From: Octopus bimaculoides
Taxonomy: Eukaryota
Length of the DNA: 38,861 nt
NCBI RefSeq assembly: GCF_001194135.2
Contig: NC_068990.1
Location: forward strand, 89,772,666-89,811,526
Direction: 5' to 3'
The position numbers and the translations under genes are program-made. Shown here piece after piece: positions 23,401-35,485 of the stretch (its first letter is position 1; each line of letters starts with the position of its first letter). The notes below the pieces were generated by a model. The model was given only the letters and a program-made list of their open reading frames with translations. It was not told where the DNA came from and did no database searches.

Positions 23401-23774
23401 GAACAATGAGAGTAAGTGCTCAACACTGCATTGGTCGATAAAGATCCTTTATTTTTGTATTAAGGCTACCATTGGTTTCACATTATTAGAAATGTATTTG
23501 CAATTTTTCAAGCGGATCTACATGGAAAAAGTGGTCTTCGTCTCCTCAAATATAGTCGTATTTTGCCTAATCTTGTCAGGGATCAGTCACATGGTACATA
23601 TCTTAATCTCTTAACAAACATTGTTTTCAAACCCATTTTCGTCTTGTTATTTCTTAATTTCAATCCCGATGTTATTATGAGAGCCTGTCACATTTATTAA
23701 CTTTATTAACGATGAATGTCTTTTTTTTCCATTGCTTTTCTTTTTACTGTTTAATATCCATTCCAACCACTTAC

Positions 23775-23936
23775 CTTTTCTTTTACTTGACAGTTTCGTA
23801 GACTTGCAGTCAGCAAAAATTCTATTATAGTTATCAACTTCAATGAGAACCTCTTCCTCCCTGTATTCGTTATAGATATAATTGAGTACAGGTTTTTTTC
23901 GGAGGCGGGTGACGGCGTTTGGGTGGTGTATTCCAC
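23775..23936 (-). CDS. Candidate 162-nt symmetric internal exon of an unidentified protein
   Basis: Acceptor aatttctgtAG| and perfect donor AAG|GTAAGT; unique non-repetitive sequence. The phase 1-1 frame is open: GIHHPNAVTRLRKKPVLNYIYNEYREEEVLIEVDNYNRIFADCKSTKLSSKRK. The phase 0 frame is also open. No homology recognised. Confidence 0.5.
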
Positions 23937-24364
23937 CTACAGAAATTATTTTTTGCTTTAGTTTCTCATTTGGTTTGGCTAATTTACTTCACATCCAGCT
24001 GAGATTATTATTAATGTGAGATATTTCACAAACTGCAAGAAAATTATAACCTTATTTCTTGCATTTAATAATAGTTTGATGCGTCTGTATTACTTCTTCC
24101 TAAACTTATATGCTCTTCTCGGTTTAGATCATTATTTCTGAAACATTTCTAAGTCTGTGTTTGGTATAAATTTTCCATCCTCGCTTCTCTATTCAATACG
24201 GAATTAGTGTTCTTTTCTTTTTTATTGTTTCTCTTCAACGTTACACTGAAGCAGTTTACAAACGGAATTTTATGGCAGTTATGATTGTAAATGTGTAGTC
24301 GTGATTCCAGACGTTTGTTATCTGCTGGATATAGCGTGGAGTCAAAGATATTTATATATATAAA

Positions 24365-24387
24365 GAGAGAGAGAAAGAGAGAAATAC

Positions 24388-24468
<81 letters not shown>
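24365..24468. repeat. (GA)n/(GACA)n/(GATA)n microsatellite
   Basis: Direct reading. Confidence 0.95.
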
Positions 24469-24469
<1 letters not shown>

Positions 24470-25244
24470 TTCATGTTACTCTATGAAGCGGTGCACAGTA
24501 TCTGAATTTTCGATTCGTGTCGAATATAACAAACAACTCGAAATCGTTGTTTTGAGTATCCGCATAAGGCGAGTCAATACCGGTTAAGTTGTAACAATGA
24601 TGTCAAAGCAAATAGTGACGCTTTGAAATTATTTAATACGTATGTTTCGGGTTTGCATAAAACATAACAGGATAGGCATCTATTACATAAGACCTTCCTC
24701 AAAATATTTCAAATATGAAGCAGTTGATTAGTTTGGACTCACTTGTCTGTTAGTGATATGTTATTATGCCGATACTTACGATTTTTGTGACACAAGAAGT
24801 GGGAGATAAATACCATCAGGTTATTCAGTGGGAGGGTTCATATCTGCTCACTTAAGAGTTTATCAATTTGATTGACACTTTAATGTAGTTAGTCATACGA
24901 TCGTCTGGTATATGACAGCGTTTCGATTACGGTAGACACTTTGGGTCACTTTTTTCCTGAATTACATCTAAGGACTTTGGCTACTGAAGAAAAGGTCGGG
25001 CCGTGCTGATGACGGTTATAGAGCCAGAACCACACTGTCCTTTTATTTCCAAACAATTCGTCTGCCCTTTTCCTTTCTGTCAAATTAACTTTGGAAAATT
25101 CTTGAACCTCGAGATTATGTCTCCTTCTCATGTAGAGCTGGTCTTCCTTGTCATTTGGTAATTATGATACACTCTCTAGAGGCGGAGATAATTTTGATGA
25201 TTCAAGAATTTATGTTTTGTGGTTTTCGATATATCTATATTTGT

Positions 25245-25379
25245 GTGCGTATGGGAGGGGAGGGCGACTGCTGGTCTTCTGTAAACAACCTTGCCCGGAC
25301 TTGTACCTCCGAGGGGACTTTCTAGGTGCAATCCCATGGTCATTCATGACAGAAGGGGGTGGGCTTTACCTTTTTTATC

Positions 25380-25380
<1 letters not shown>
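25245..25380 (+). mobile_element. Probable retroposon 3' end (RTE-like tail)
   Basis: ggcgactgctggtcttctgtaaacaaccttgcccggacttg...gcaatcccatggtcattcatgacagaaggggg ends in tttaccttttt. Recognised from memory as a common octopus repeat; not verified. Confidence 0.45.
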
Positions 25381-25382
<2 letters not shown>

Positions 25383-25455
<73 letters not shown>

Positions 25456-25578
25456 AGAGAGAGAAAGTGAGACAGATTGATAGATAAATAGATAGATAGC
25501 TAGATTGATTGATAGATAGATAAATAGGTAGATAGATAGATTAATTGATTGATTGATTGATAGCTAGATAGAGATGGC

Positions 25579-25615
<37 letters not shown>

Positions 25616-25625
25616 TGATAGATAA

Positions 25626-25689
<64 letters not shown>

Positions 25690-25700
25690 TTATGTATGTA
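25383..25700. repeat. (GA)n followed by (GATA)n microsatellite
   Basis: Direct reading. Confidence 0.97.
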
Positions 25701-25769
25701 TGAATGTATATTTAAGAATTAGCATATGTGTACACATATGTAAATCGTTTACTACTACTTTTGCCTGTA

Positions 25770-26600
25770 CTTTGTAAGTATGTGTAAGATACTTAATCAG
25801 AAGTGTGTCACTTTATCTTCTCTATTTGTGTGTGTTCTGCATTATCGAGCTTTATTTTTTACAGTCTTCGTAATATAATTACCTGTTGCCTCCATTTTTT
25901 GTTATCACTGTCTTAATCGTAACAATACAACGGCTGTCCATAGCTCATTGCTGAAACCTTTTCCTTCTTTTAATGTTGATGTCGCTTTTATTATTGTTCT
26001 TTTTACCTAGTTTTTGATAAAATTATTTTCGGTCGGACTCGAACTGTTTGTTTTGTTCAAAGAATCACTATTTGTTTTTTCATAACGACAGAGTTTTCCA
26101 CCCACTATTTTTTTTTATCGATATAAGGAAAGCATTTTGTACAAAACGCTCTTGATTCCTCCTGCTTCTTTAAACATTGTTTTTCTATTATTATTTATCT
26201 CTGTTTTTTTCTCTTAACTTTTTGACTTCTTAATTATGAGTTATTGATTTCATGAAGCAATAAGATACTTTTCAATATATTTTTTCTATTTTTTCTGTGA
26301 GTTTGTTTTCTTCCTTGTTTGTTTGAGTTTTATTTTCTGAGTATATACTTCTAAGCGCCCACATTCTCATAACTACCCTAGTAGTTATATAACAAGATTT
26401 GTTTTATTTGCTAACATGAATGCTCATATTTATCAATTATTGTTCACTTTGCGTTTTTGCAGTTGTTACTATTCGGTACTTCATTGGTTAATAAAAAAGT
26501 AGTCAATCGATTTTAATTCTTTAACTATTTCCACTTTTAAATTATTGTCAAGTTCCATCTTTAGAACTTCCAATTACATCTCCCACATATTTTTTCTGTG
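25770..26600 (-). mobile_element. Heavily decayed R4/Dong-like non-LTR retrotransposon, region upstream of the RT
   Basis: A-rich minus strand with frameshifted peptides YITTRVVM, NKLTEKIEKI, GKLCRYEK, FFEQNKQFESDRK*FYQKLGKK and KGFSNELW. These match the R4-type pattern RxRRYEKR..FFxQNxxFxxxxKKFYxxLG...FWxxIW. Confidence 0.6.
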
Positions 26601-27161
26601 TTCATGCTTAGTGTAGTTCTAGTTCGGCTTTTATTCGTCTGTGATTTTTTTGTGTGTTCTAGGTTTAATATTGTTGCGTTTTGTTATTTGTTTTGTGTTT
26701 TACAAATGCAAGTTATATCTTCGTGAATTACTTCCGCGATGTTCATAACATTATTGTTTTCATTGATTCTTTTTTATTGATCTATACCAAATATTAGATC
26801 AGAAAAAAGAAAATTCAATTACTAGTTCACATATAAAACAATATTTGGTCCCAATAATTAAATATGTTCAGTCTATCTTTCTCTTAAATATTCTGTTTTC
26901 ACTTCTGTTATTTGATTGGTTTCAATACTGTACCTTTTAAATTAGCTCGTCTGCCAGGGCCTCCAAAGCAGCAGGGTGGGGATGCAAAGAAGAAGTTAGT
27001 CCCAGACGGGGACAAAATAAATCACAAAGAGAAGTCGGCTGAGGTTTCCCATGGGCCAGGTGGTGTTGTTATAAGTGATGTATCTATCAGCCACTTTTAC
27101 CAGGTAAAACAGACTTCTTAACCATATAAAGGTATCTATATCCAAGACTTGTAGGTTTGCC

Positions 27162-27352
27162 TTTATCCTTTTACTCGTTTCAGTCATTGGACAGCGCCCA
27201 TGCTGTGGCACCACATTGAAGGGATAACTCGACCAAATATGTTTCTAAAGTCTGGTACGTTTTCTATCGGTTACTTTTGCCGAATCGCCAGCGTACAGGT
27301 GCATAAATAAACCAACACCGGTTGTCAAGTGGAGGCAGGAAAAAACACAAAC
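27162..27352 (-). mobile_element. SINE family A 3' half, diverged
   Basis: Minus strand: cttgacaaccggtgttggtttatttatgcacc...ttcggcaaaagtaaccgatagaa...agcatgggcgctgtccaatgactgaaacgagtaaaagg. Confidence 0.75.
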
Positions 27353-27443
27353 ATATAAACACATGAACACACACATACATATACGCGCGCGCATGCTGTA
27401 TATACATGTATATAAATATGTGTGTGTGTGTGTGTGTGTGTGT

Positions 27444-27575
27444 TTCGGCAAAAGTTACCGACAGAATAAGTACTAGGCTTACAAAGAATATGCCCTGGGG
27501 ATCGATTCGTTCGACTAAAGGCGTTGCTCCAGCATGGCCGCTGTCAAATTACTGAAACAAATAAAAAAAATAAAA
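27444..27575 (+). mobile_element. SINE family A 3' end
   Basis: ttcggcaaaagttaccgacagaataagtactaggcttacaaagaata...ctccagcatggccgctgtcaaattactgaaacaaat. Confidence 0.85.
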
Positions 27576-27820
27576 GCAAGCATAGTAAACCATAGTGTCC
27601 GACGACTGTCGACATTAAATAAATAAATGAATAAATAAATAATTAAATGATGAAGTAATCTATTAAGGGGCTAGTTTAATGAACCATAAAATAACGTGGG
27701 TTTTCTGCCTTGAAAAAAAAAACAAAGTCATTAACCCCTTGGCGTATAACACAATATTTGGTCACAGTAATGAAATATCTTTTTCAGTATGTGCGTTTAT
27801 TAGTTGACGTCATTATCTTA

Positions 27821-27994
27821 AATGGCGTATGATTAGCTAAAATGGCGTAAGATTAGCTAAAATGGCGTACGATTAGCTAAAATGGCGTAAGAGTAGCTAA
27901 AATGGCGTACGATGAGCTAAAATGGCGTAAGAGTAGCTAAAATGGCGTACGATTAACTGAAATGGTGTAAGAGTAGCTAAAATGGCGTACGATT
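27821..27994. repeat. 20-bp minisatellite, about 8.7 units, with 40-bp higher-order alternation
   Basis: Unit aatggcgta[a/c]ga[g/t]tagctaa. Position 10 reads t,a,c,a,c,a,c,a,c in successive units. Confidence 0.97.
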
Positions 27995-28090
27995 GATTTT
28001 GTTTGTTTTATAATTCACTTTAACCACAACCACACAAACGCTAAAATATGGTCATACACACACCCACGTATATACAATTGGAATAATCCG

Positions 28091-28398
28091 TATGTGTGTG
28101 TGCGTGTGTGTATGTGTGTGTGCGTGTGTGTATGTGTGTGTGTTTGTGAGTATGTATGTATGTGTGTGTATGTGTGTACGTGAATGTGTGTGTGTTTGTG
28201 AGAGTGCGTGTGAGTGAATGTGTATGTGCGCACGTGTGTGCGTGTGTGTGTATGAGTGTATGTGCGTGTATGTGTGTATCTGTATGCGTGTGTGTGTTTG
28301 CGAGTATGTATGTGAGCGTGTGTGGGTGGGAATGTGTATGGGTGTGTGATTTGTGAGTGTGTGTGTGTGCGCACGTGAGCGCGTGTGTGTGTCTGTGT
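28091..28398. repeat. Degenerate (TG)n-based compound microsatellite
   Basis: Direct reading. Source of the His/Thr-rich ORFs. Confidence 0.95.
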
Positions 28399-28461
28399 TT
28401 CTGATCATTTGAAAAATTATTTCATGAGACAAACCAATGGACTCAGTAAATTTTCATCAGA

Positions 28462-28570
28462 TTTATTTATCATTTCACGTATCCTGACTTTCATTCCTTT
28501 GGGGTCAGTTGAGCAATCGACTTACTGCCTCTCCCTAAAATTTCTGGCTTTGTGCAAAAATTTAAAACTA
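28462..28570 (+). mobile_element. SINE family B fragment, internally deleted
   Basis: ctgactttcattcctttggggtc...atcgacttactgcctctccctaaaatttctggctttgtgcaaaaatttaaaac; tail as in the 4728 copy. Confidence 0.6.
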
Positions 28571-29506
28571 TTATTATCATTATTTACATTATTTACAATT
28601 GACGGATATTTGTCCTCATCTGTGGGTGGGATATTCAGTTGTCTAGAACGTTCGTTAAATTTCTTAAATGTTTTGGTATGTTTATATAGTGTGATTTGTT
28701 AAAGATTTGGCTGATATTTCTAGCATCTCGAGAGCCTGCGTAGAGTCTTTCTCGCTACTTTGTTTATACTTGTGTAGTGTGTAATTTCGTCTCTAATACT
28801 GACGGTGGTTTAAAATCTCAGCCACTGTATGTCTCGGATTAATGAGTTTAATTATTTAATTAGTTGATTGGCCGACCGTCTGGTGGGACCACAGTCTGTT
28901 TGTCTGTTATCTTGTATTTGGTTATTTATGAGAATAACCTCCAGATGAGCTCTGATTCAAAGATAATAATATGTAAAGCCATTTCGCCCGTGATTATTCG
29001 GTGTTTGCTTTGCAGGTGGAATTTATCTGTGATTGCAGTAATAAATATTTCCTTCTTTTACTCAGATCAGTAAGATGTGGTTTGAAAAAGTGCTAACTGC
29101 TATTTCTAAATGCTTGAGTGATGACTCAGAGAAGTCACGGCCAAACTGCAGCCGGCGGGACTTTCTGAGTGACACGACTAACGAACGATCACCTTGAAGT
29201 TTTTCCAGCGGTGTGGTTCGTCTGATAATGAGCCATTTCTCATGTGATCCGTTCTTTAGCAACTCCCTCACCGATACAGTCATAAATTAGTTGTTATTTT
29301 ATTGTGTCTGGAGAGGGTCGTTCTTTTTTAGTGCCTTATTAATTTAACACACTCACCGCTTTGATTTCCACTTATGGACTTATTTATCTTTACTGAAATT
29401 TTCGTTGCGCCTTGCAACCTTTTCAATAGTCGTTAACTCTCTCCGTTAACGGAACTGCGTTCTTTTTTGTGCGCATGCGTGTGCGTCAGTGTACATGTGC
29501 ATACAC

Positions 29507-29537
<31 letters not shown>

Positions 29538-29563
29538 TGTATGTATGTATGTATGTTTGTGTA

Positions 29564-29617
<54 letters not shown>

Positions 29618-30305
29618 TAGATAAATAGATAGATATTATATTTCCTTGTGTGAACGTTTGATTGTATGTATGTACTTGTGTATGTATAGTTGTTATTGTT
29701 TTTGTTGTTTGTCCTTTGGTTATCACTGATAAAGCCGACCTAATAACAAAGGGTGCCATATGTAGCCATTCCCCTTTTTGTAAACCCACGATGGCATTCA
29801 ACAACGTGTGATTTTCATGGACTGCTACTTTTTGAGGGAAACTTTTGGTTGCTATTTCTAGAACGTAAATAATCACTTCATTGCTCGTTGTGTTGCTACT
29901 GCATCTGTTGCCGGTGTTGTTGCCACTGTTATTGCTGTTGTTGTTGTTAACGATGCTGGTGTGTCATATCCAGGTGAGTAGACTTAAAGTAACAAGTTGG
30001 AGCAAGATGTCAGCTACTTGGCAGCAGAGAAAGCAAACTGGCTTTAGTTACCGGTTGAATCAAAAGCCGTAGATAGACGTCGTTAATACCATTGAGAATA
30101 GGATATGGGAATCATACAGCATTATTTCACATTTTCCTGTACATTTATATAACGGAGGAAGTAGGAAATGTAATGTCTGTGTTGGAAAGCAGAACAATTG
30201 TTGCAATTAGCGCATCAAAATCCGAATGTGGAGTAAATTTACAAACACGCGTGCACACACGCACATGCTAATTTATGTGAGTATGGCTGTATATACATAT
30301 GTTTA

Positions 30306-30383
<78 letters not shown>
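30306..30383. repeat. (CTAT)n microsatellite running into an assembly gap
   Basis: Direct reading. Confidence 0.97.
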
Positions 30384-31259
30384 NNNNNNNNNNNNNNNNN
30401 NNNNNNNNNNNNNNNNNNNNNNNNNNNNNNNNNNNNNNNNNNNNNNNNNNNNNNNNNNNNNNNNNNNNNNNNNNNNNNNNNNNNNNNNNNNNNNNNNNNN
30501 NNNNNNNNNNNNNNNNNNNNNNNNNNNNNNNNNNNNNNNNNNNNNNNNNNNNNNNNNNNNNNNNNNNNNNNNNNNNNNNNNNNNNNNNNNNNNNNNNNNN
30601 NNNNNNNNNNNNNNNNNNNNNNNNNNNNNNNNNNNNNNNNNNNNNNNNNNNNNNNNNNNNNNNNNNNNNNNNNNNNNNNNNNNNNNNNNNNNNNNNNNNN
30701 NNNNNNNNNNNNNNNNNNNNNNNNNNNNNNNNNNNNNNNNNNNNNNNNNNNNNNNNNNNNNNNNNNNNNNNNNNNNNNNNNNNNNNNNNNNNNNNNNNNN
30801 NNNNNNNNNNNNNNNNNNNNNNNNNNNNNNNNNNNNNNNNNNNNNNNNNNNNNNNNNNNNNNNNNNNNNNNNNNNNNNNNNNNNNNNNNNNNNNNNNNNN
30901 NNNNNNNNNNNNNNNNNNNNNNNNNNNNNNNNNNNNNNNNNNNNNNNNNNNNNNNNNNNNNNNNNNNNNNNNNNNNNNNNNNNNNNNNNNNNNNNNNNNN
31001 NNNNNNNNNNNNNNNNNNNNNNNNNNNNNNNNNNNNNNNNNNNNNNNNNNNNNNNNNNNNTTACAATGAATCTATTTAATGTGCTTCTCCTGTTCACCTG
31101 TAATCTCTTAACTACTAACACATATGACCAGGAATAAAAGAAGAGACCAAGTTGAGCAAGATGAAGTAAGAAGGAATGATAAAAAGGAGATTTGTAGTGA
31201 AATGCTGTGTTCATGCATATTCATAAGAAGTTTCTGGACAAAATAAATCCAGTGATGTA

Positions 31260-31580
31260 CAACTAGCATGCTAACAACAAAAACAGCAACCAGGCCAACA
31301 GCAGCTATTACAACAACAATAACGATTGGGGAAACTTCAACAGAAGTAGCAACGTTGACAAGAACAACAATAACAATAACAGCAGAAACAACACCAACAG
31401 TAACACAATTTACAATATCGAAATAACTACGACAAGTAAAACGACAACCAAACTTTGGAAACATTGTGACTAACGCAATCAAAGCAGCAACAGCACCTGC
31501 AACAACAACAGCAACAACACCAACGGAATCAATATCGATGACACTATTGACATGAACAATATTAACCAGACAACTGCTAT
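31260..31580. repeat. Highly degenerate (AAC/AGC/AAT)n trinucleotide tract
   Basis: 3-nt periodicity with recurrent acaaca/gcaaca. All plus frames contain stops; the minus-strand Val-rich ORF is what such a repeat is expected to produce. Confidence 0.75.
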
Positions 31581-31813
31581 TGATTAGTTCGAGGAGGTTA
31601 GGTAGCATCTAGGACTGTTTCCCAGGGTCTACGTTACTGGTGTTTTTGTAAGAAACAGTAATGAAGTACAATTTATGAATCATCTTTGTTTACCTTCTGG
31701 TCCCACCAGATCATCGGTGTTATGATGATGGTTATTCTGCCGGTGACTGCCCTATTTTATTAAGGGTTCGTTGGACTACATTATCTAATCTGCTCTCGCT
31801 CTCTCTTTCTCAA

Positions 31814-31860
<47 letters not shown>

Positions 31861-34680
31861 CTGAAATAAAGAACAATTGTCTGTGATACTTTATCAAAAC
31901 ATTCTAGTGGAGAGAGAAATTGGAATTGTCAGAGATTTGCGAACAAACAAATGATAAACGAATCGAAGGAGTAATGCGATGTGTTGCCAGGTGTGAAAGA
32001 TGAAGACTGACACTTAGATGGAGCATGTGAATCAAAGGTTTGGAGTGGGAACCGAACACGAAGGTGAACAACTAGATTTGAACAGTGAAGGAAGCTAGAA
32101 AGAGTCAATTTTTACAAACGAAATAAAACAAAATATTGGTTTACAATACGGAATGGAAATTGTAAAATGGTGAGTGGATAGAACGAGAGACGAAAGAAGT
32201 AATATCTAGAGAACTATTCAAATATAAAATACTCTTTATTTAATTAGAGTATCATATATATATAAATATAATTAAGTGACACTCAATCAATCGATATTAT
32301 CCCAGCAATTATTAGTCAAAACACCCCTTGAATAAGTAAATATTGACGATACGAAATACATCGATCTAATCTTTATATCCTACAGATGAAAGCAAGATCT
32401 GAGAATATGAATCGGTTTTATTGGTTATTGATCTATTGCTGATAATCACAAATCAGCATCATAATTTTGTCTCTATTCCCGTGGGTAGCCTTTGAGATTT
32501 TCTATCCAAAAGGGCAACTCTACCAATATGCACATTTACTGCTTTATACGTGGGTTTCGAGAGAACTATTGATCTAGAAAAATATTTTATATCATGTTCT
32601 TTCGAAAGTTTATAAAATTCTTATGACGTTGGATATCGAGGAACCTGATTGACAATATTAGTAAACGGGTATCCGTGCTATCTTCTGATGAAGATGTTTT
32701 TTTTATGGATACAACTGGATATTATAATGAGGCGCATAGAAATGGTTCTCTGATAAGTTTAGATACATTAAAAAAACGGTGGAAATAAACAGCATAACAA
32801 TAGGAATAGGTAAAGGAACATTTTATAGTATTATCCAGTATTTAAATTAGAAGTAAAAGCAAACAGCTAAGCAACAAAGATCGTGCAACAGTAGAATTAG
32901 TGAGAATTGTCCACTAGAAAGTCACTGTGTGGCAAAGTTGATAGCATACAGTACAAAGGTTGAATGAAACTGCAGTGATAAACTAAAGCATGTATCGGGG
33001 CAACAGAACTCACATTAAAAAATCGTTATCACAAGCATAGACATTCATTTGTCAACCTTGAAGGAAAACGTGCAACCGCTTTCTTGAAGTTTACATGGTC
33101 ATGGTTTTTGTGTGAGACAAGACGTATTGAATTCATAATTATCTAGTTTATTGTAGATAATGCTCAACCATACTGCAACAGAAACTTCAAATCAAAGATG
33201 AAGAGTGACCTTTATTTGAGTAAAACAAAAATGAGTATTTAGACTCAAGGCACCAAATTTGAACAAAAGAACGGAACTTTTGATGCCTCTTATGTACGCG
33301 GCTAAGTAACATTTTATGCAAATACCAGTTTCCTTTCGCTCTGGTCAAAAAATACGTTGGTTTTCGAAATGTTCAATAAAATGGCTTTAATGTTATATGT
33401 TTTGATATGTTTAGACGCGAGTCTATGTGTCAGTATATGTATATAGGCATATGCGCATATGTATACATGTATAGGTATATGGACATGAATATATCGTTTA
33501 GGGTATAAATGTGTGCCTATGAGTGTACATATGTGTATATTTAAGCGTCTGCACAAGTGCATGCAAAATGATCTCCTACATACACACTCATTCTTTGTAA
33601 AAACATTAATTAAAAGTATTAATTAAAAATATTTCTTAAAATTATTATTTCGGAACACTGCTTAAACAGCAACGCAATTTCAAGGCTTCGATTTTATGGA
33701 TCTTATGACGTTTATAATAACAATTATCACGAGAACCAGAAATAAAATCAAAAGCGTGGGCTTGAAGCAACCGTTTTCGCATGTTATTCTCAAAGATTTT
33801 TAAACGAAAGAACCTAGGGGTAAGCGTTTGCTTCGAACGTTCTTTGCATATTTCAAAAAAAATATTCAAGCAGTGGATATTCAAAAGAAAAGCAAGCTCG
33901 GATTGCTCACTGTACACTGGAAACAAGCAACTCTGAGGACTGGAAATGAGAGCCTTTCAGTTATAAATTTCGAAACAATACTCTACATTTGTAATGAGTC
34001 CTGCATTTTATCGCTTTTGGTGAATCAACACACAAACACATATGTGTGTTTATATATATATATATATATATATNNNNNNNNNNNNNNNNNNNNNNNNNNN
34101 NNNNNNNNNNNNNNNNNNNNNNNNNNNNNNNNNNNNNNNNNNNNNNNNNNNNNNNNNNNNNNNNNNNNNNNNNNNNNNNNNNNNNNNNNNNNNNNNNNNN
34201 NNNNNNNNNNNNNNNNNNNNNNNNNNNNNNNNNNNNNNNNNNNNNNNNNNNNNNNNNNNNNNNNNNNNNNNNNNNNNNNNNNNNNNNNNNNNNNNNNNNN
34301 NNNNNNNNNNNNNNNNNNNNNNNNNNNNNNNNNNNNNNNNNNNNNNNNNNNNNNNNNNNNNNNNNNNNNNNNNNNNNNNNNNNNNNNNNNNNNNNNNNNN
34401 NNNNNNNNNNNNNNNNNNNNNNNNNNNNNNNNNNNNNNNNNNNNNNNNNNNNNNNNNNNNNNNNNNNNNNNNNNNNNNNNNNNNNNNNNNNNNNNNNNNN
34501 NNNNNNNNNNNNNNNNNNNNNNNNNNNNNNNNNNNNNNNNNNNNNNNNNNNNNNNNNNNNNNNNNNNNNNNNNNNNNNNNNNNNNNNNNNNNNNNNNNNN
34601 NNNNNNNNNNNNNNNNNNNNNNNNNNNNNNNNNNNNNNNNNNNNNNNNNNNNNNNNNNNNNNNNNNNNNNNNNNNNNNNN

Positions 34681-34722
<42 letters not shown>

Positions 34723-34789
34723 GCAGGTATCTATGTATGTGAATGAGTTGGTACAAGCTTCGTACAACGTTCAGTGCAGGCGAATTCAC

Positions 34790-34870
34790 TACCTAAAAAT
34801 ACCAGAACAAATACTGCGAAGCATTTCGCCCAACGTTCTGCCAATGTCATATGGCGGGATTTGAACTTTA
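34790..34870 (-). mobile_element. SINE family B head fragment
   Basis: gaagcatttcgcccaacgttctgcca resembles taagcatttcgtccaacgtgctaatgattctgcca at 3040-3073. Confidence 0.5.
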
Positions 34871-35269
34871 CATTGTTAAGAATAAGAACAAATACAATAA
34901 ATTTATTTTGCATGACGTTCTCATGTTTCTAGCAACCCATTGCATTTTTTAGATTCTTTCCACTGTGTATAACAGTCACTAAGTTGTTTATATTAGTTAT
35001 GAACTATTTAAGAGTAAGGAGAACAACTATTTGTCATAAGCTGTTGTCTTACTGCATATTCATTTTAATATCTTTCTGAATCTTTTTACCGCTGCACAAT
35101 AACAGATTTTGAATTCAACGTCACGTATTTCAGATTTCCAATGTTTACAAAGAATGTCCGTTTCTGTCAAAGCCCACCTGCCCGCTCACTACACTCACAA
35201 GGATTAGTAGAATATGTACATATTTGCGTATGTGTATGTGTCTGTGTGTGTGAGAGAGTGCACACAGAC

Positions 35270-35343
<74 letters not shown>

Positions 35344-35442
35344 NNNNNNNNNNNNNNNNNNNNNNNNNNNNNNNNNNNNNNNNNNNNNNNNNNNNNNNNN
35401 NNNNNNNNNNNNNNNNNNNNNNNNNNNNNNNNNNNNNNNNNN

Positions 35443-35485
<43 letters not shown>

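Noticed and set aside
25006-25039. CTGATGA-C-GGTT/AGCC-AGAAC...GTC hammerhead-like string
   Set aside because: GAAA is replaced by AGAA/GAAC and there is no stem I pairing; compatible with chance.
27821-27994. CRISPR-like array
   Set aside because: Head-to-tail repeats with no unique spacers, in a eukaryotic context with no cas genes.
28590-28622. Start of a repeat I recall carrying a hammerhead (gacggatatttgtcctcatc)
   Set aside because: The copy here ends before any core motif, and the family identity rests on memory only.
31108-31608. 166-aa Val-rich ORF
   Set aside because: Antisense of the (AAC)n-like tract; GTT/GCT codons avoid stops by construction.
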